From Tubiluchus corallicola (Eukaryota > Animalia > Priapulida), in NCBI GenBank assembly GCA_030141605.1, contig JAQGDQ010000679.1:50191-114190 (forward strand): a DNA stretch of 64,000 nucleotides. Reading direction: 5' to 3'. Made by a program: the position numbers and the translations under genes. Each line of letters starts with the position of its first letter. The stretch's first letter is position 1. Below the pieces are notes generated by a model. That model was not told the DNA's origin. It did no database searches and saw only the letters and a list, made by a program, of their open reading frames with translations. This document shows positions 62,175 to 64,000 of the stretch, in pieces.

Positions 62175-63068
62175 TGTCAATAAGATCATTGAAATCAATA
62201 CAAACTCATCAAAACATTATAGTTAAGCTGATGACATTTTCTGGTAGACGGGAGCACGCAACGCCATCCTACATTAAATTGGGCTTCTTAAAACTGGATG
62301 ATATCTACAAACTCGAGCTTTCAAAATTTGTATACAAATTTAAGAATAATTTACTACCAGAATTGTTTCTAAATTACTATATGCCAGCATCTGACATTCA
62401 CAGTTACAACACTAGGTTCTACTAGCAGTTCTTTCTTCATCGAACGATTTAATACATCTAAGGGTCAAAGGTCATTAAAAAATCAGGGATCAGTATTATG
62501 GAACTCCCTACCTGCTCATATAACTTCTTTACCTCTGCATTCACTAAATAAACAGTACGCTAAGGCACTTCTTGAATCTTACGTATAAATCAATTTTTTG
62601 TCTATTAGATGTACATTCTTGTGGTAACTTTTGCTGAAAAACAATTTTTATAAGGTGCAAACTCACTTTCTGTAATGTCCAATAATGAACATGCTTCTTA
62701 TATTACAGGCCAACACAGTCAGCAAAATGGACATAATGATTTCTCTCAGAAACAATTGTGAGGTATTTTCAATGAGTTGCTTAGTAGTTCATAAATTTGT
62801 CATGGTTTTTGGATTTTTATTTTTGTTTTTTTTGCTGTTGTTGTATTTTTGTTGTTGTATTTCTGCACGTTTATGTATTTTTAATATAGTTGTGTCTGCT
62901 ATCATTAGCGTCTTTTTGTTTACTGTCTTTTGAGAAGGATGGTTGACTCGATAACCTTTGGTTTTTCACCACCCTTTCTCCCATGTTCATTTGTATTTTT
63001 GTGTATTTTATTGTCAAATCATTGTAAACTTATGGAGGAAAATAAATTGCTATTACTATTACTATTAA
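62175..63068 (+). mobile_element. LINE (L2/CR1-type) 3' fragment
   Basis: REHATPSYIKLGFLKLDDIYKLELSKFVYK...HSYNTR...QGSVLWNSLP; AATAAA plus (CTATTA)n tail. Confidence 0.75.
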
Positions 63069-63458
63069 CGTGTTTTTTCTTTTTGATCAAATATCGTTTC
63101 TTGATGCAAACTGGGATAGTGAAACAGTGACGTTTTGCCAACTGGCTCCAACTTTCGAAATTACTAAGAATTTTCTTTCCCAGTTTCATAAGTCTTTCCA
63201 ATTGGCAGCCATATTAATTAGTACTATAATTTCACAGGAAAGTGTCAATTTTCTTCTTCTTCAACAGTGTAAAATAAAATTTCAAATCATCTCAGTTTTA
63301 TTTACAAAAGCAAGTGAATTGTTAACTATTTTATTAGCTAAACCAGGAACTATGACTAACAGATCTGCCACACAAGCCTTACTTTATAGCACGCAATATA
63401 AAACAAAAAGGTACTAAAATTTGCCTGTGCTAAATAAATAACTAAAAACCCTGCTTAA

Positions 63459-64000
63459 AGGAAGACAGGATGATTTTTCATATACTACCCCATTTTCAAG
63501 TCTGATTAAAAATATACATTTTAACACAAATAAAACTGCAAAAGGTTTCTGCTAATTAAATAATAGATTAAAAACTTAATTAACGGCGGGCGAGCCAAAC
63601 TATTGATGACATCACAAACTAACACAATTTTCAACAGCAAAAATATTCCACGAGCGTGTTGCACGTGTTTGCGAAAGCAAAAATTGAAGTACAGTACTAC
63701 TGTAAGAGATTCAGCGTGTTGTACTAAAACTAGGCAAGTTTTAAGATAAAAATTCAAATTTCAAATTTACTGCTGTGCTCACCCATGAGCTGTCGAACGT
63801 ATGCAGTAAGTCACAAACTAACACATGTGAACTTAGAGGTACAGTACCTGTTTTTGTGCAACGCTTTCGAAATGCAGACTTGCTAGTGCCAGTCTAACTA
63901 GCAAGTGGCGAAATATATGTAACAGCGAAGAACCAGTGGCTCAAACGCGAACTTGTGTTTGTGTGGTAATAATTCTTTCACGTAAGAACTTTTAGGATGA
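63459..64000. mobile_element. Kolobok-like MITE, family E (cut by the window end)
   Basis: TTAA|AGGAAGACAGGATGATTTTTCATATACT, collinear with 51210 onward. Confidence 0.72.

Overview
AT-rich, intron-containing eukaryotic (probably invertebrate animal) genomic DNA. No prokaryotic operon, phage or CRISPR system is present, and nearly all ORFs in the supplied track are repeat artefacts. Two spliced genes face each other. (1) Minus strand ~58179 to ~22765: a multi-exon TMC (transmembrane channel-like) gene, reconstructed by hand from ~21 GT-AG exons whose phases chain correctly (~840-875 aa). It carries the CWETxxGQ signature but has several drifted conserved motifs and an uncertain N-terminal micro-exon cluster. 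(2) Plus strand ~7896-15892: a pentraxin/LamG-domain gene whose best model has an in-frame TGA and a +1 frameshift, so it is a probable unprocessed pseudogene. Introns and intergenic DNA are packed with mobile elements: two 5S-rRNA-headed SINEs, solo LTRs with 5-bp TSDs, hAT, piggyBac-, Kolobok-, Harbinger- and TA-target MITEs, LINE RT fragments and a dead integrase. There are also many micro- and minisatellites, several of which visibly grew out of functional sequence: a 3' splice site, an RT motif, a transposon end, and a DR4/TCF-like motif. The most intriguing is a frame-preserving tandem array of 11 splice acceptors in front of a TMC exon. All coordinates and copy numbers were read by eye and no database search was run.
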